From contig CASEOS010000001.1 of the NCBI GenBank assembly GCA_949289635.1, positions 150,548-214,547 of the forward strand: a stretch of DNA of 64,000 bases, read 5' to 3'. This document shows, in pieces, positions 10,674 through 19,901 of this stretch (position 1 is its first letter; every line of letters begins with the position of its first letter). The position numbers and the translations under genes were made by a program. This DNA is from an uncultured Eubacteriales bacterium. GTDB lineage: Bacteria > Bacillota > Clostridia > TANB77 > CAG-508. Under the pieces are notes generated by a model. That model saw only the letters and a program-made list of their open reading frames with translations. It had not been told where the DNA came from and did no database searches.

Positions 10674-11234
10674 CTATACTTTCAATTGTTCAGAATGAAC
10701 TTTTATTTGTATCTCTTGCATAATACCTTCTATTGTATTTTTACTATCATTATATGTTACTTTTAATGTATATTTTTCTTCTTTTTTTATATCTTTATGT
10801 AATGCCATTTCTTTTGTTCTATTCTCTTTCAATTCTAATATTTCATTACCTTTATATAATTCATATTGAATAGAATTGTCTAAATCTGTTTCTAATATTT
10901 CAATATAATATGTTAAATCTACTTGTGATATTTCTTCTGCTTGATTATAGTTTTTGACTATAAATGTATATTCTCCTTTTTTATTATCTTCTGTAATGAT
11001 AATTTCTGAATCTTTTTCTACTTCTAAAACTGGTTTAGCAATTTGTGTATTATTCTTTATATTCGTATTATATACCGCCTTTCCAAGACTCACACCCGAA
11101 AAAAATGTAATACCTATCATTAATATCATACAAATGATGATGATTTCTTGTTTTTTTATTTTTGGTTTTCTATTTTCTTTTATGAAATGTTTTAAATCTA
11201 TTTTTTTTAGTTTTTGTATAAACTTTAAATTCAA
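10674..11234 (-). CDS. Small membrane-anchored/secreted beta-rich protein, TasA-like locus member
   Basis: TTG start behind GGAGAAAG. K-rich N-terminus and one TM, then a beta-strand-like domain ending IQIKVHSEQ, comparable to the ...ATQ/...TQ ends of its neighbours. Confidence 0.5.
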   Translation of the reverse strand: MNLKFIQKLKKIDLKHFIKENRKPKIKKQEIIIICMILMIGITFFSGVSLGKAVYNTNIKNNTQIAKPVLEVEKDSEIIITEDNKKGEYTFIVKNYNQAEEISQVDLTYYIEILETDLDNSIQYELYKGNEILELKENRTKEMALHKDIKKEEKYTLKVTYNDSKNTIEGIMQEIQIKVHSEQLKV

Positions 11235-11539
11235 ATTTTCTTTCTCCTCTCTTTATTTATATGTTCATTAAGAGGAACTTGTCCTCTTAATGAATCACAA
11301 AGATTATGTATTCTGCTAAATATTTTTTGATTTTCTTTTTCAGTTCTTTTGTTTGTACATATTTCTCTATAATTTATATTAGAGGATTCCATATCGATTT
11401 CAATTTTTAATTTTTGATTACTAATTCTTGATTTTAACTTTTCTCTTATCTCTTATCTATTATTTTTTCAATTTTAATTTATATATTCTTATATTTATAT
11501 CATACTCATAATATTTCAAAGGTTCGTACATTTTACTAA

Positions 11540-12124
11540 TTATTGTGGCATAACTTGTGTTCCTGTAACATATATATCAAATGTATAATTGTCTAATTGT
11601 TTTGCATTATCTGTGTCAATTTTATCATTTTGATTAATTTCGTTTTCATTCACACCTGTCTCATATTGCCATTCCCAATCAATTGTAATTGTTCTTTCTT
11701 TATTTTTATCATTTGCATTAATGGTTCCTGATAAATTTTTTTCTAAGTCTTGTATCGTTGTATATTCTTGATTATCATATGTAAACACAAGATTTTGTGG
11801 TTTTTCACTCTCATTTAAAAATTGAATTGTATAATCTATTCCCACTTCACTTCCTGTGGCATCTACAACAATATTAAAACTTCCACTTGTTCCTGGCGCT
11901 ACTTTATTATTTACTAAAGTTTCATTATGATATGTAGATAATAAATTTACATTTTGAACAACATCTTCTTTTCCGTTTACTTTAAAAACCCAATTGGCTA
12001 TTTCTGCAGTTCCTGTTCCTTTTACTTCTGATACATATTTTGAAAAAGTTTTACCTCCCATAAAAGATAATATAAGTGCTAGTAATATGCATATAACTAG
12101 CAAAACTGTTTTCTTTTTACTCAA
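11540..12124 (-). CDS. TasA/camelysin-like small secreted protein (family B paralog)
   Basis: Signal peptide ending GGKTFSKYVSE. Motifs KVAPGTSGSFNIVVDATGSEV, YTIQFLNESEKPQNLVFTY, TITIDWEWQYE and FDIYVTGTQ. Confidence 0.65.
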   Translation of the reverse strand: MSKKKTVLLVICILLALILSFMGGKTFSKYVSEVKGTGTAEIANWVFKVNGKEDVVQNVNLLSTYHNETLVNNKVAPGTSGSFNIVVDATGSEVGIDYTIQFLNESEKPQNLVFTYDNQEYTTIQDLEKNLSGTINANDKNKERTITIDWEWQYETGVNENEINQNDKIDTDNAKQLDNYTFDIYVTGTQVMPQ

Positions 12125-12303
12125 ATAGGCATACCTCCTTTTTTATTTATTTTTTTGTTTTGGATAATCTCGAAATTAAAAATTTATTATAAAAATTATA
12201 GAAAAAAATGTAACTAAATTATAATTCCATATTTTGCCATTGTCAATTATTTTTTTACTATTTTTTTGTTTTTTCACCGCAAATTTCGACAAAATACTTT
12301 TTC

Positions 12304-12332
12304 TTGACTTTTCCTTTTCTCCACTATATAAT
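12304..12332 (+). promoter_or_regulatory. Predicted sigma-A promoter for 12414..13763
   Basis: TTGACT - 17 nt - TATAAT, about 80 nt upstream of the TTG start and AAGGAGGG SD. Confidence 0.4.
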
Positions 12333-12413
12333 AGTTATATTCATATTCAAATATTTTATTTCGTATCATTTCAAATTCCCATATTTATTATTTTTATATA
12401 AAGGAGGGATTTT

Positions 12414-13763
12414 TTGAAAAAAAATTTTTTTATTATCTGTATATTTTTCATTTTTTTATTTTTGATTCCATTTTACTATCACTTTAGTTTTTCTAAATAT
12501 GTTTTTACAGAATCTTTCACTGCTACTAAAATACAAATTCAAAAAAAACCGCTCATTGAAGTGATTGGTCTTTCTAATACCAATTCAGATTATGAAAAAT
12601 ATGCCAATTCTACACATCTCATATCTCTAAGAGTTAAAATTACAGAAAAAAATGTTTCTATTAATCAGTTTGATCGTAATCATATTCAAGTTTTTGTTGA
12701 CCATATACAAATTTATCCATCTATTCAAATATATTTAGTTTCTAATGACAATGGAGAAATGATTTATGATATGATATTTTCTAAATTAACTGGTAATGGA
12801 AATTTATTCATTGTTTTTCCAGAAGGGATTATTGTAGATTCCTTTGGTCTAAAAAACGATTTTCAAAAATTTGATACTGGCATTTGTATTGATAATATTT
12901 CCCCTACTAGTAATTGTGAAGAAATCTCTATTGAAAATAATCAATCTCAATATGTCATTCATTCTAATGAAAATTTGAGACCTATCAATGGCTGGGATTT
13001 TTATTATAATTCTTCTAGTTTGTCAAAAATATTTTCTTCTCCCATTTCTTACCCTATTGTCATTACAGATTACGCTGGAAATACCAGCCAAGTTCATATA
13101 AACGTACAGAATGCTACAAATATGATGTTATACTATGTTAATTATAATACAGATTCTAGAATTATCAATTTAAATCAAAATGGAGAAATTTCTGGGAAAC
13201 AAACTATTATCGATTCCTCTTCCCATAAATCAGAAATGATTCTTACTTGCCTAGATGGTAACGTAGATTCTTCCATCTTGCAGGCTAGAGTTTTTGACTA
13301 TACATATTGGGGCAAAGACACAAGTGCTGTCTGTGAATTTTCTGAAATTGAATATCAATATGGATATACTCCTAGTGCTACTAGTTGGTATGATATTACT
13401 AGTCAAAACACACTTTATTTTGATGGTAAACTTGTTTTTCAATTAGGTGGTGATGGACATAATTTAGCTGGTAAATCTTGCTTACGTCAATTCAATCCTA
13501 TTCCAGAGAAAATTGCAAAACAAAATTTGTATGGACTTTCAGGGATTGCTTTTCAATTAAAAGATTGTAATGACTATTCCATTGTCTATCAAATTTATGT
13601 ACCATCTATTGGTTGGTTAAAAGCTGCTTCTGATGGTGAAGAAACTACCTATTCTCATGACAAGCCTTTTTCTGCTATCAGAATGAACATTGTTCCTAAA
13701 TCTGAAAAACAAACTTTTATTAATTATTGGAATCAAGTAATATATACAGATTATGTTGAATAA
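12414..13763 (+). CDS. Secreted protein of unknown function with an FSKY-type signal; possible ChW-like C-terminal repeat
   Basis: TTG start 6 nt after GGAGG. N-terminal TM ends HFSFSKYVFTES, the same F[SA]KY motif as the TasA-like paralogs. The C-terminus IVYQIYVPSIGWLKAASDGEETT...FSAIRMNIV resembles a clostridial hydrophobic-W repeat. Confidence 0.55.
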   Translation: MKKNFFIICIFFIFLFLIPFYYHFSFSKYVFTESFTATKIQIQKKPLIEVIGLSNTNSDYEKYANSTHLISLRVKITEKNVSINQFDRNHIQVFVDHIQIYPSIQIYLVSNDNGEMIYDMIFSKLTGNGNLFIVFPEGIIVDSFGLKNDFQKFDTGICIDNISPTSNCEEISIENNQSQYVIHSNENLRPINGWDFYYNSSSLSKIFSSPISYPIVITDYAGNTSQVHINVQNATNMMLYYVNYNTDSRIINLNQNGEISGKQTIIDSSSHKSEMILTCLDGNVDSSILQARVFDYTYWGKDTSAVCEFSEIEYQYGYTPSATSWYDITSQNTLYFDGKLVFQLGGDGHNLAGKSCLRQFNPIPEKIAKQNLYGLSGIAFQLKDCNDYSIVYQIYVPSIGWLKAASDGEETTYSHDKPFSAIRMNIVPKSEKQTFINYWNQVIYTDYVE

Positions 13764-13814
13764 TTTTTTTAATAAAATGATATTTGCCATAGATTTCATA
13801 TCTATGGCTTTTTC

Positions 13815-14207
13815 CTATTTGGTAGATATATTTACTCCGATAATCCCTCCCAAGATTCCAAAAGCAATTCCTGTAATTATCATAATAACAGATTGTATTG
13901 TTAAAGAAAATTGCATACTAAATATACTTGAAAATAGATATAGTAAAATGATGTATACACCACCTATAATTGCTCCATTGATTAGTCCATTCTTTTTGAT
14001 TTTTACATTACTGATACTACTTCCTATTAGTATACTAAGTGCTGTAATAATAATAATCGTAGGACTAATTATATTTTCTGAAACATTTGTATATGTTAAT
14101 ACAATTGATAAAATTAATAAAAAGATAAATGTAATTATAAAGGATATTCCTAAACCTTTTAATATATTCATAAAACTTTTATTATTTGAATTTTCTAAAT
14201 TTTCCAT
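13815..14207 (-). CDS. Small 4-TM membrane protein (TIGR04086-like)
   Basis: 130 aa. NILKGLGISFIITFIFLLILSIV followed by further hydrophobic helices. Family assignment is from memory only. Confidence 0.45.
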   Translation of the reverse strand: MENLENSNNKSFMNILKGLGISFIITFIFLLILSIVLTYTNVSENIISPTIIIITALSILIGSSISNVKIKKNGLINGAIIGGVYIILLYLFSSIFSMQFSLTIQSVIMIITGIAFGILGGIIGVNISTK

Positions 14208-14318
14208 AATTTAACTATCATCATCTCCTTGTATAATATATTTAGGTTTTTAAATGGTTACCTATAAACCTTAATAGTCTCCTTACTAGCTATCATATTT
14301 TCTTTTAATATATATTTG

Positions 14319-14351
14319 AAAAAAAAAGAAATAGAACTATAATTCTATTTC
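14319..14351 (-). terminator. Intrinsic terminator of the biotin ligase gene
   Basis: Minus-strand stem GAAATAGAA/TTCTATTTC overlapping the stop codon, followed by a T9 run. Confidence 0.6.
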
Positions 14352-14909
14352 CTTTTCTAGAATTTCTATAAATTTTTTTATAATTTTTTCTCTACAAAAT
14401 ATTTTTCCAAATTCTTTTTTTAAGGATGTGGCAATATTTTCTGTTTCATTTGAAAATACATCTTCATTAACATTAAATCCAAAGCTGATTAATAAGTAAT
14501 TTATTTTTTCTGATATGGTATTTATTTCAGTCAAAATTCCACATATCTTTTTTCCATTTAGTATTAAATCATTCGGTTCTTTTATCTTTAATTTAATTTG
14601 ATATAATTCCTGTATAGCTTTTTGCATACATTCTGCTATTTTTACAGTTAAACCTTCTAATCTATTAATTGTCCATTCTGGCTTTAATATAATCGTCAAG
14701 GCTATATTTTTACTCTCTCCCGTATACCATGTCCTTCCTTTGGTCCCGATTCCATTTGTTTGTTTTTCTGCTATTATCATTTTTCCACTATATTTTTCTT
14801 TCATAGCAATTTCTTTTGCATATGTATGTGTAGAAGAGATTTCTTTAAAATATTCTATTTCTTTTCCTATATATTTTGTATTGGCATTTTTTATTTTTTC
14901 TAAATCCAT
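14337..14909 (-). CDS. birA: Biotin--protein ligase (BPL catalytic domain, no HTH)
   Basis: AEKQTNGIGTKGRTWYT matches the GRGRxGRxW-type biotin-binding loop. KICGILTE is also present. Confidence 0.75.
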   Translation of the reverse strand: MDLEKIKNANTKYIGKEIEYFKEISSTHTYAKEIAMKEKYSGKMIIAEKQTNGIGTKGRTWYTGESKNIALTIILKPEWTINRLEGLTVKIAECMQKAIQELYQIKLKIKEPNDLILNGKKICGILTEINTISEKINYLLISFGFNVNEDVFSNETENIATSLKKEFGKIFCREKIIKKFIEILEKEIEL

Positions 14910-14917
14910 TTTTACTC

Positions 14918-15111
14918 CTAAATTTCATAATCAATTGCTTGTCTATCTATTCTAATAGATTTGCATAAATTTGATACTTTGATATGTTCTGGATGATTTT
15001 TATATGTTTCTAAATCTTCCATACTTTCAAATTCAGAAATTAATATAGCATCATATTCATTTTTTCTTCTTGATTTTCTTTGAATTTCCAAATAACGATA
15101 TGTTTTATCAT
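14918..15111 (-). pseudogene. Dabb (stress-responsive alpha/beta barrel) domain gene, frameshifted and shortened
   Basis: ATG at 15111 behind GGAGGAA gives MIKHIVIWKFKENQEEK, then a stop. The +1 frame continues NEYDAILISEFESMEDLETYKNHPEHIKV...DYEI. The frames join at the homopolymer at 15060-15065. Even when repaired it is only about 65 aa. Confidence 0.5.
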
Positions 15112-15174
15112 AGTTTTCCTCCTTTTATGTAAAAAAAATAGTAATAAAATTCACAAAATTTTATTACTATTTCT

Positions 15175-15249
15175 TGGCTGGGCTGGCTAGATTCGAACTA
15201 GCGCATGCCAGAGTCAAAGTCTGGTGCCTTACCGCTTGGCTACAGCCCA
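15175..15249 (-). tRNA. tRNA-Gln (anticodon UUG), CCA encoded
   Basis: Reverse complement TGGGCTG-TA-GCCAAGCGGTAAGGC-A-CCAGA-CTTTGAC-TCTGG-CATGC-GCTAG-TTCGAAT-CTAGC-CAGCCCA-G-CCA. Confidence 0.9.
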
Positions 15250-15256
15250 ATATATA

Positions 15257-15334
15257 TGGGGTGGAAGATGGGACTCGAACCCACGGTCTCCAGTGCCACA
15301 AACTGGCGCGTTAACCAACTACGCTACATCCACC
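15257..15334 (-). tRNA. tRNA-His (anticodon GUG) with encoded G-1 and CCA
   Basis: Reverse complement G-GTGGATG-TA-GCGTAGTTGGTTAACGC-G-CCAGT-TTGTGGC-ACTGG-AGACC-GTGGG-TTCGAGT-CCCAT-CTTCCAC-C-CCA. There is one acceptor-stem mismatch. Confidence 0.85.
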
Positions 15335-15528
15335 ATAGTTTACGTGCACCTTTTGATTAGCACATTTCTTATTTTAACCTATTTCACCCCATCTTGTCAA
15401 CCATTTTGTAAATTTTATTTTATTTTTTCCAATTTTTTTATTACTATTCAGTCAAAAATTATTATCACATATTTGTTGTTACATCAATCCTGTCATTCAT
15501 TTTTGCAACACAAGTAATACAAATACTA

Positions 15529-16323
15529 TTATTGAACTGTACTCATACTATTAGGGTCTATTCCATATTGTTGATATAACCATGTCATATAGTCAAATGG
15601 TGTTAATGTTTCAGGTAATCCATAATCAATTCCATTTGTTTCTACTCTAATAGATGTAATCACTGGTGGATTTACAGGTGTACTTACTTCTGTGTTTCCT
15701 GTTGTTTCTGCATCATCTGCTGCTTTTACTTCAATACCTTCTATTTGATGTACAACATCCATACCTTCTATTACCTTACCAAAAGAAGTATATTGTCCGT
15801 TTAATCCTGTATTTTCTGCTGTCATAATAAAGAATTGTGAACTTCCAGAATTATATGACTCTTCTGTTAATGATGAAGAATAACTGGTGTAATCAGATCT
15901 CGCCATTGCAACAACACCTTCTTCAAATTGTAATTGATTATCTACATCATTTGCTATAAATTCACCTTTTATTGTATATTCTGTATCATCACCATCATCT
16001 CTTAAATCACTTGTTGTTGCTAATCCTGTTCCATCTCCATTTTTGTCTCCACCTTGAATCATAAAATCTTTTACAACTCTGTGGAATGTTAATCCATCAT
16101 AAAATCCTCTATTCGCTAATGCTATAAAGTTTGCTACTGTTTCTGGAGCATATTCTGGATATAATTCAAATTTAATTGTTCCAAAATTTTCTACTTCCAT
16201 TGTTGCAATAGGTCTAGTAACCTCCATTGTAGCATTTTTATAATAACCATAACCAACAATTCCTATTAATACAATTAAAATAATTAGAGCAATTATCCAT
16301 ATAATATTTTTAAATTTTCCCAT
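15529..16323 (-). CDS. Membrane-anchored cyclophilin-type peptidyl-prolyl isomerase
   Basis: N-terminal TM, then FHRVVKDFMIQGGD and SQFFIM motifs. Confidence 0.9.
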   Translation of the reverse strand: MGKFKNIIWIIALIILIVLIGIVGYGYYKNATMEVTRPIATMEVENFGTIKFELYPEYAPETVANFIALANRGFYDGLTFHRVVKDFMIQGGDKNGDGTGLATTSDLRDDGDDTEYTIKGEFIANDVDNQLQFEEGVVAMARSDYTSYSSSLTEESYNSGSSQFFIMTAENTGLNGQYTSFGKVIEGMDVVHQIEGIEVKAADDAETTGNTEVSTPVNPPVITSIRVETNGIDYGLPETLTPFDYMTWLYQQYGIDPNSMSTVQ

Positions 16324-16356
16324 TTAACTCACTTTTCCTTTCTTTTCTATTTGTTT

Positions 16357-16387
16357 GGGACAATTTGGACCTGGTCCCAATTGTCCC
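16357..16387. repeat. REP-related palindromic variant
   Basis: GGGACAATTTGGACC-T-GGTCCCAATTGTCCC is a near-perfect palindrome built from the same GGGACAATTG/GTCCC words as class 1 REPs. Confidence 0.7.
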
Positions 16388-16397
16388 GAATTTCCTT

Positions 16398-17471
16398 TTA
16401 AAGTATATTATCAAAAACAAATTGTTCTTGCATTCTTTTTAATGACTGCTTAATTGTTCTTGCTCTTACTTCTCCAATACCATCTACTTCATCTAAACTT
16501 TCAATATCTGCTGCTAGTATATGTTGAAATGATTTAAAAGAATCTACTAAGTTTTCAACAATGTTGTTTGGCATTCTTGGCACTTTGCTTAAAATTCGAT
16601 ATCCTTTTGGGTAAACTGCTACTTCGTCATAATTATCAAAGTATTCATATCCTAATAATTTGGCAATAGAAGATTCTTTTAACAATTCTTCATATTCTAA
16701 ATCTTTTAGTTCTTCTAAAATTTTATCAGGTGATTTTTTCTTTTTAACCACATAGTCTTTGATAATTAGATTCTCTTCTTTTTCAAGTCCACCAATTAAT
16801 TCATCTAATTGCATTTTTACTAGTCTTCCATCATCTCCAAGTTCATATATCTGTCTTTGTATCTCTTCTACAATTCGCATAACCATTTCTGCTCTTTGAA
16901 TAGCAAGTACAACATTTTGCAATGTTACAATATCATTAAATTCATATTCATTCAATATGTTTAGTTTATTGTCAAATACTTTTTTATATTTTTCTAATGT
17001 TTGTATTGCTTGATTTGCTTTATTTAATACAACGTCTGTATCTTCTAAAACATATCGATCATTTCCTTTAAAAACGGTAATGATATTTCTTCTTTGTGAG
17101 ATACTGATAACCAATTCTCCTGTTTGTTTTGCTGTCCTTTCTGCTGTTCTATGTCTTGTTCCCGTTTCTGTTGTTTGGATTTCATGTTCTGGAATTAATT
17201 GGGCATTGGCATATAAGATTTTCTTCATATCGCCACTTAATACAATGGCTCCATCCATTTTCGCTAATTCATATAATTTTGATGATGTATAATCTTCATT
17301 AATAACAAAACCACCATCCACAATTCCTTTGATTACTTCATTATTGTCTGTAATTAATAATAATGCTCCTGTCTTTGCTCTTAATATATTTTCCAGACCA
17401 TCTCTTATCGGTGTTCCTGGAGCTATTAATTTTAAAACAGATGTAATATTATCTTCTTTTACCTTTTTCAA
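16398..17471 (-). CDS. disA: DNA integrity scanning protein DisA (diadenylate cyclase)
   Basis: DAC domain (DGAIVL, GTRHRTAERTA) plus a C-terminal HhH (GIGEVRARTI). Adjacent to radA, as in Bacillus and Clostridium. Confidence 0.95.
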   Translation of the reverse strand: MKKVKEDNITSVLKLIAPGTPIRDGLENILRAKTGALLLITDNNEVIKGIVDGGFVINEDYTSSKLYELAKMDGAIVLSGDMKKILYANAQLIPEHEIQTTETGTRHRTAERTAKQTGELVISISQRRNIITVFKGNDRYVLEDTDVVLNKANQAIQTLEKYKKVFDNKLNILNEYEFNDIVTLQNVVLAIQRAEMVMRIVEEIQRQIYELGDDGRLVKMQLDELIGGLEKEENLIIKDYVVKKKKSPDKILEELKDLEYEELLKESSIAKLLGYEYFDNYDEVAVYPKGYRILSKVPRMPNNIVENLVDSFKSFQHILAADIESLDEVDGIGEVRARTIKQSLKRMQEQFVFDNIL

Positions 17472-17536
17472 AATTAATCTCCTCTCTCCCCTTTGTACTT
17501 AAAATAGCAATCTTTAAAATTCATCTATATGACTCT

Positions 17537-18901
17537 TTATTTTAATCCGATTTTTTTCATTGCTTCATTAATATTGCTGACACCTATTATATCTAATTTA
17601 TATGTTTCTTTCAAGTCCTTTTTATTAGATTCTGGAATAATACAACTCTTAAATCCCAATTTTTCTGCTTCTTTCAACCTTTTATCAATGACATTAATTC
17701 TTCTGACTTCACCTGTTAAACCAACTTCACCAATAATTACCATATCTTTTGGAATTGGTACATTTTTAAAACTTGAGACCACTGCCATCATCATACCTAA
17801 GTCAATGGATGGTTCATTAACTCTGATACCACCTACCAAATTTAGATAAATATCTTGACTTCCCAACATAATTCCTGCTCTTTTTTCTAAAACGGCAATT
17901 AATAAGGCAAGTCTATTATAATCTGTTCCATTGGCTGTTCTTTTCGGAAATCCAAAAATACTTTGTGTTGTTAAAGCTTGTAACTCAATTAAAATGGCTC
18001 TTGTTCCTTCTATGCTAGACACAATACAAGATCCTGCTGGATTATCTTCTCTTTCTGAAATCAAGATATCTGAAGGATTCGTGATTTCACACATACCTTC
18101 TTCATTCATTTCAAACATGCCAATTTCATTGGTTGAACCAAATCTATTCTTAACACCTCTTAATACTCTATATGAAAAATATCTTTCTCCTTCTAAATAC
18201 AAGACAGTATCCACCATATGTTCTAAAACTCTCGGACCTGCTATATTTCCTTCTTTCGTTACATGTCCTATAATAATTGTTGTAATGCTTCTGGATTTAC
18301 AAACTCTCATAACCTGTGAAGTAATTTCTCTTACTTGGCTTACACTTCCAGCAGCTGCTGAAATTTCTTCTGAATACATCGTTTGGATGGAATCAATAAT
18401 CACTAGTTTTGGATTGATTTCTATAATTGCTTGGTTCACAATATCAATATCTGTTTCTCCTAAAAATAAAATATCATCATTGTTGATACCTAGTCTATCC
18501 GCTCTCATTTTAATTTGTTCTGCTGATTCTTCTCCAGAAACATATAAAACCTTTCCTTCACCTTTTACCTTATCACATATTTGTAAAATCAAAGTAGATT
18601 TTCCAATTCCAGGTTCTCCACCAAGTAACACAAGAGACCCTTTTACAAGACCTCCACCTAATACTCTATCTAACTCACCAAAACCTGTTGAAGTTCTCAA
18701 CGTTTCTTTTGCTTCATAAGAATTTAATTTTTGTGGTTTATTCTCACTTTTCGCTAAATCCTTGTGACTTCCTGCTTTAGATTCCACCACTTTTTGTTCA
18801 TAAAATGTATTCCAACTATTACAAGCAGGACATTTTCCAAGCCATTTGCTAGATTCATTTCCACATTCACTACATACAAAAATTGTTTTACTTTTTGCCA
18901 T
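17537..18901 (-). CDS. radA: DNA repair protein RadA/Sms
   Basis: MAKSKTIFVCSECGNESSKWLGKCPACNSW zinc finger, Walker A GEPGIGKST, KNRFG, and a Lon-like C-domain. The ORF-track extension to 18967 is translated REP sequence. Confidence 0.95.
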   Translation of the reverse strand: MAKSKTIFVCSECGNESSKWLGKCPACNSWNTFYEQKVVESKAGSHKDLAKSENKPQKLNSYEAKETLRTSTGFGELDRVLGGGLVKGSLVLLGGEPGIGKSTLILQICDKVKGEGKVLYVSGEESAEQIKMRADRLGINNDDILFLGETDIDIVNQAIIEINPKLVIIDSIQTMYSEEISAAAGSVSQVREITSQVMRVCKSRSITTIIIGHVTKEGNIAGPRVLEHMVDTVLYLEGERYFSYRVLRGVKNRFGSTNEIGMFEMNEEGMCEITNPSDILISEREDNPAGSCIVSSIEGTRAILIELQALTTQSIFGFPKRTANGTDYNRLALLIAVLEKRAGIMLGSQDIYLNLVGGIRVNEPSIDLGMMMAVVSSFKNVPIPKDMVIIGEVGLTGEVRRINVIDKRLKEAEKLGFKSCIIPESNKKDLKETYKLDIIGVSNINEAMKKIGLK

Positions 18902-18931
18902 TTTCTTCTCCTTTCGTTTATTTAGTGGAAC

Positions 18932-18967
18932 AATTTGGGACAATTGGGGACGTTTCTCTTTGGACAT
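18932..18967. repeat. REP-like element, class 1 (reverse orientation), left flank of the RAYT gene
   Basis: AATTTGGGACAATTGGGGACGTTTCTCTTTGGACAT is the reverse complement of the 19902-19937 copy with two substitutions. Confidence 0.85.
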
Positions 18968-19003
18968 TTTTATGAATCACTTAATGTAAATTCCTTAAAT
19001 TTA

Positions 19004-19777
19004 TTAATCTTTCATAGCTCTCTCAATCACTTTTCTATTTATCCCTAATACCCTCGAAAGTTGTGTTTTAGATGTTCCTTGTATGTTCTTTAATCTACGT
19101 ATTTTTTCATCTCTTATTTTTTTATTATTCGTACGAATTTCCCTTACATCTTTAATATTTAATACTTTCTGTATTTTTTCTCTTACTTGTTCATCTGATA
19201 ATTTATCAATAATTTCATATTCTACCTCTTCATTTATCATTTTAGACTCATAACTGTGAAAAATAATAAAATTTTCTATGGCTTCTTTTTGCGTTTGTCC
19301 AAACATCGATAAAATCAATTCTTTATTTATCATCTTTTCATTATAAATAAATTCCAGATAACTACTCCATTTATATTTTTCTATCTTTGAAATTCCAGCT
19401 TTTACTGGATTTTGATGAATGTATCTACATAAATGACATAGATATTCCTGAGTTTCAACATTTTTACTTAAAAATCTATTTTGAAATAAATGACCTTCTT
19501 TGTCATATTTTTTTGAAAAATAACTTGAATATGATATTGCCATACTTTGTATTATTTTAGAAATCTGGTTCGTTTCATCATAAATAACTAAGTGTATATG
19601 ATTCGTCATTAAACAATATACATATATTTTATATTGGTATTTTTCTTTTGTCATTTCCATTATTTTTAGAAATTTTTTGTAGTCTTGTTCATCATAAAAT
19701 ATATCTTGCTTATCATTTCCTCTTAAAATAATATGATATACTTTTGTACTGCTAATTTTTCTCGCTATACGGGGCAT
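19004..19777 (-). CDS. IS200-like Y1 (HUH) transposase, REP-associated tyrosine transposase (RAYT)-like, with C-terminal HTH
   Basis: MPRIARK...YHIILRGNDKQDIFYDEQDY...YVYCLMTNHIHLVI (HUH = HIH) and RYIHQNPVKAG (catalytic Tyr motif). The C-terminal TSKTQLSRVLGINRKVIERA is an HTH. Confidence 0.8.
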   Translation of the reverse strand: MPRIARKISSTKVYHIILRGNDKQDIFYDEQDYKKFLKIMEMTKEKYQYKIYVYCLMTNHIHLVIYDETNQISKIIQSMAISYSSYFSKKYDKEGHLFQNRFLSKNVETQEYLCHLCRYIHQNPVKAGISKIEKYKWSSYLEFIYNEKMINKELILSMFGQTQKEAIENFIIFHSYESKMINEEVEYEIIDKLSDEQVREKIQKVLNIKDVREIRTNNKKIRDEKIRRLKNIQGTSKTQLSRVLGINRKVIERAMKD

Positions 19778-19901
19778 ATGCACCTCTCCTTCAATCATTT
19801 TTTATTATCTTTGCCCCTAAAACAAAAAGAGTATAGCATACTTTTATATTTTTTGCTATACTTTCTTTTAAATTTAACTAAATATTTCCTTTTTTAATAA
19901 A

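Noticed and set aside
11231-11392. A 53-aa minus-strand ORF (MESSNINYREICTNKR...) whose TGA overlaps the TTG start of 10674-11234.
   Set aside because: No SD precedes its ATG. It spans a perfect 13-bp hairpin (11266-11296) and has no recognisable features, so it is most likely non-coding leader sequence.
9836-15334. A genomic island or prophage integrated at the tRNA genes flanking the first TasA-like cluster.
   Set aside because: No integrase, recombinase or phage genes were found, and I saw no direct repeat of a tRNA 3' end. The tRNAs are separated by ordinary genes such as birA.
17931-18719. Long plus-strand ORFs antisense to well-supported minus-strand genes (for example 17931-18719 opposite radA, 30054-30605 opposite the FAD oxidoreductase, 711-1016 opposite efp, 57901-58272, 46872-47174 opposite purA).
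   Set aside because: They lie fully inside genes with unambiguous conserved motifs. Their translations are low-complexity F/L/I/S-rich strings typical of antisense frames in AT-rich DNA, and they lack SD sequences.
18902-18967. N-terminal extension of RadA (MSKEKRPQLSQIVPLNKRKEKK) in the ORF track.
   Set aside because: The extension is a translated REP element. Canonical RadA begins at MAKSKTIFVCSECG (ATG at 18901).
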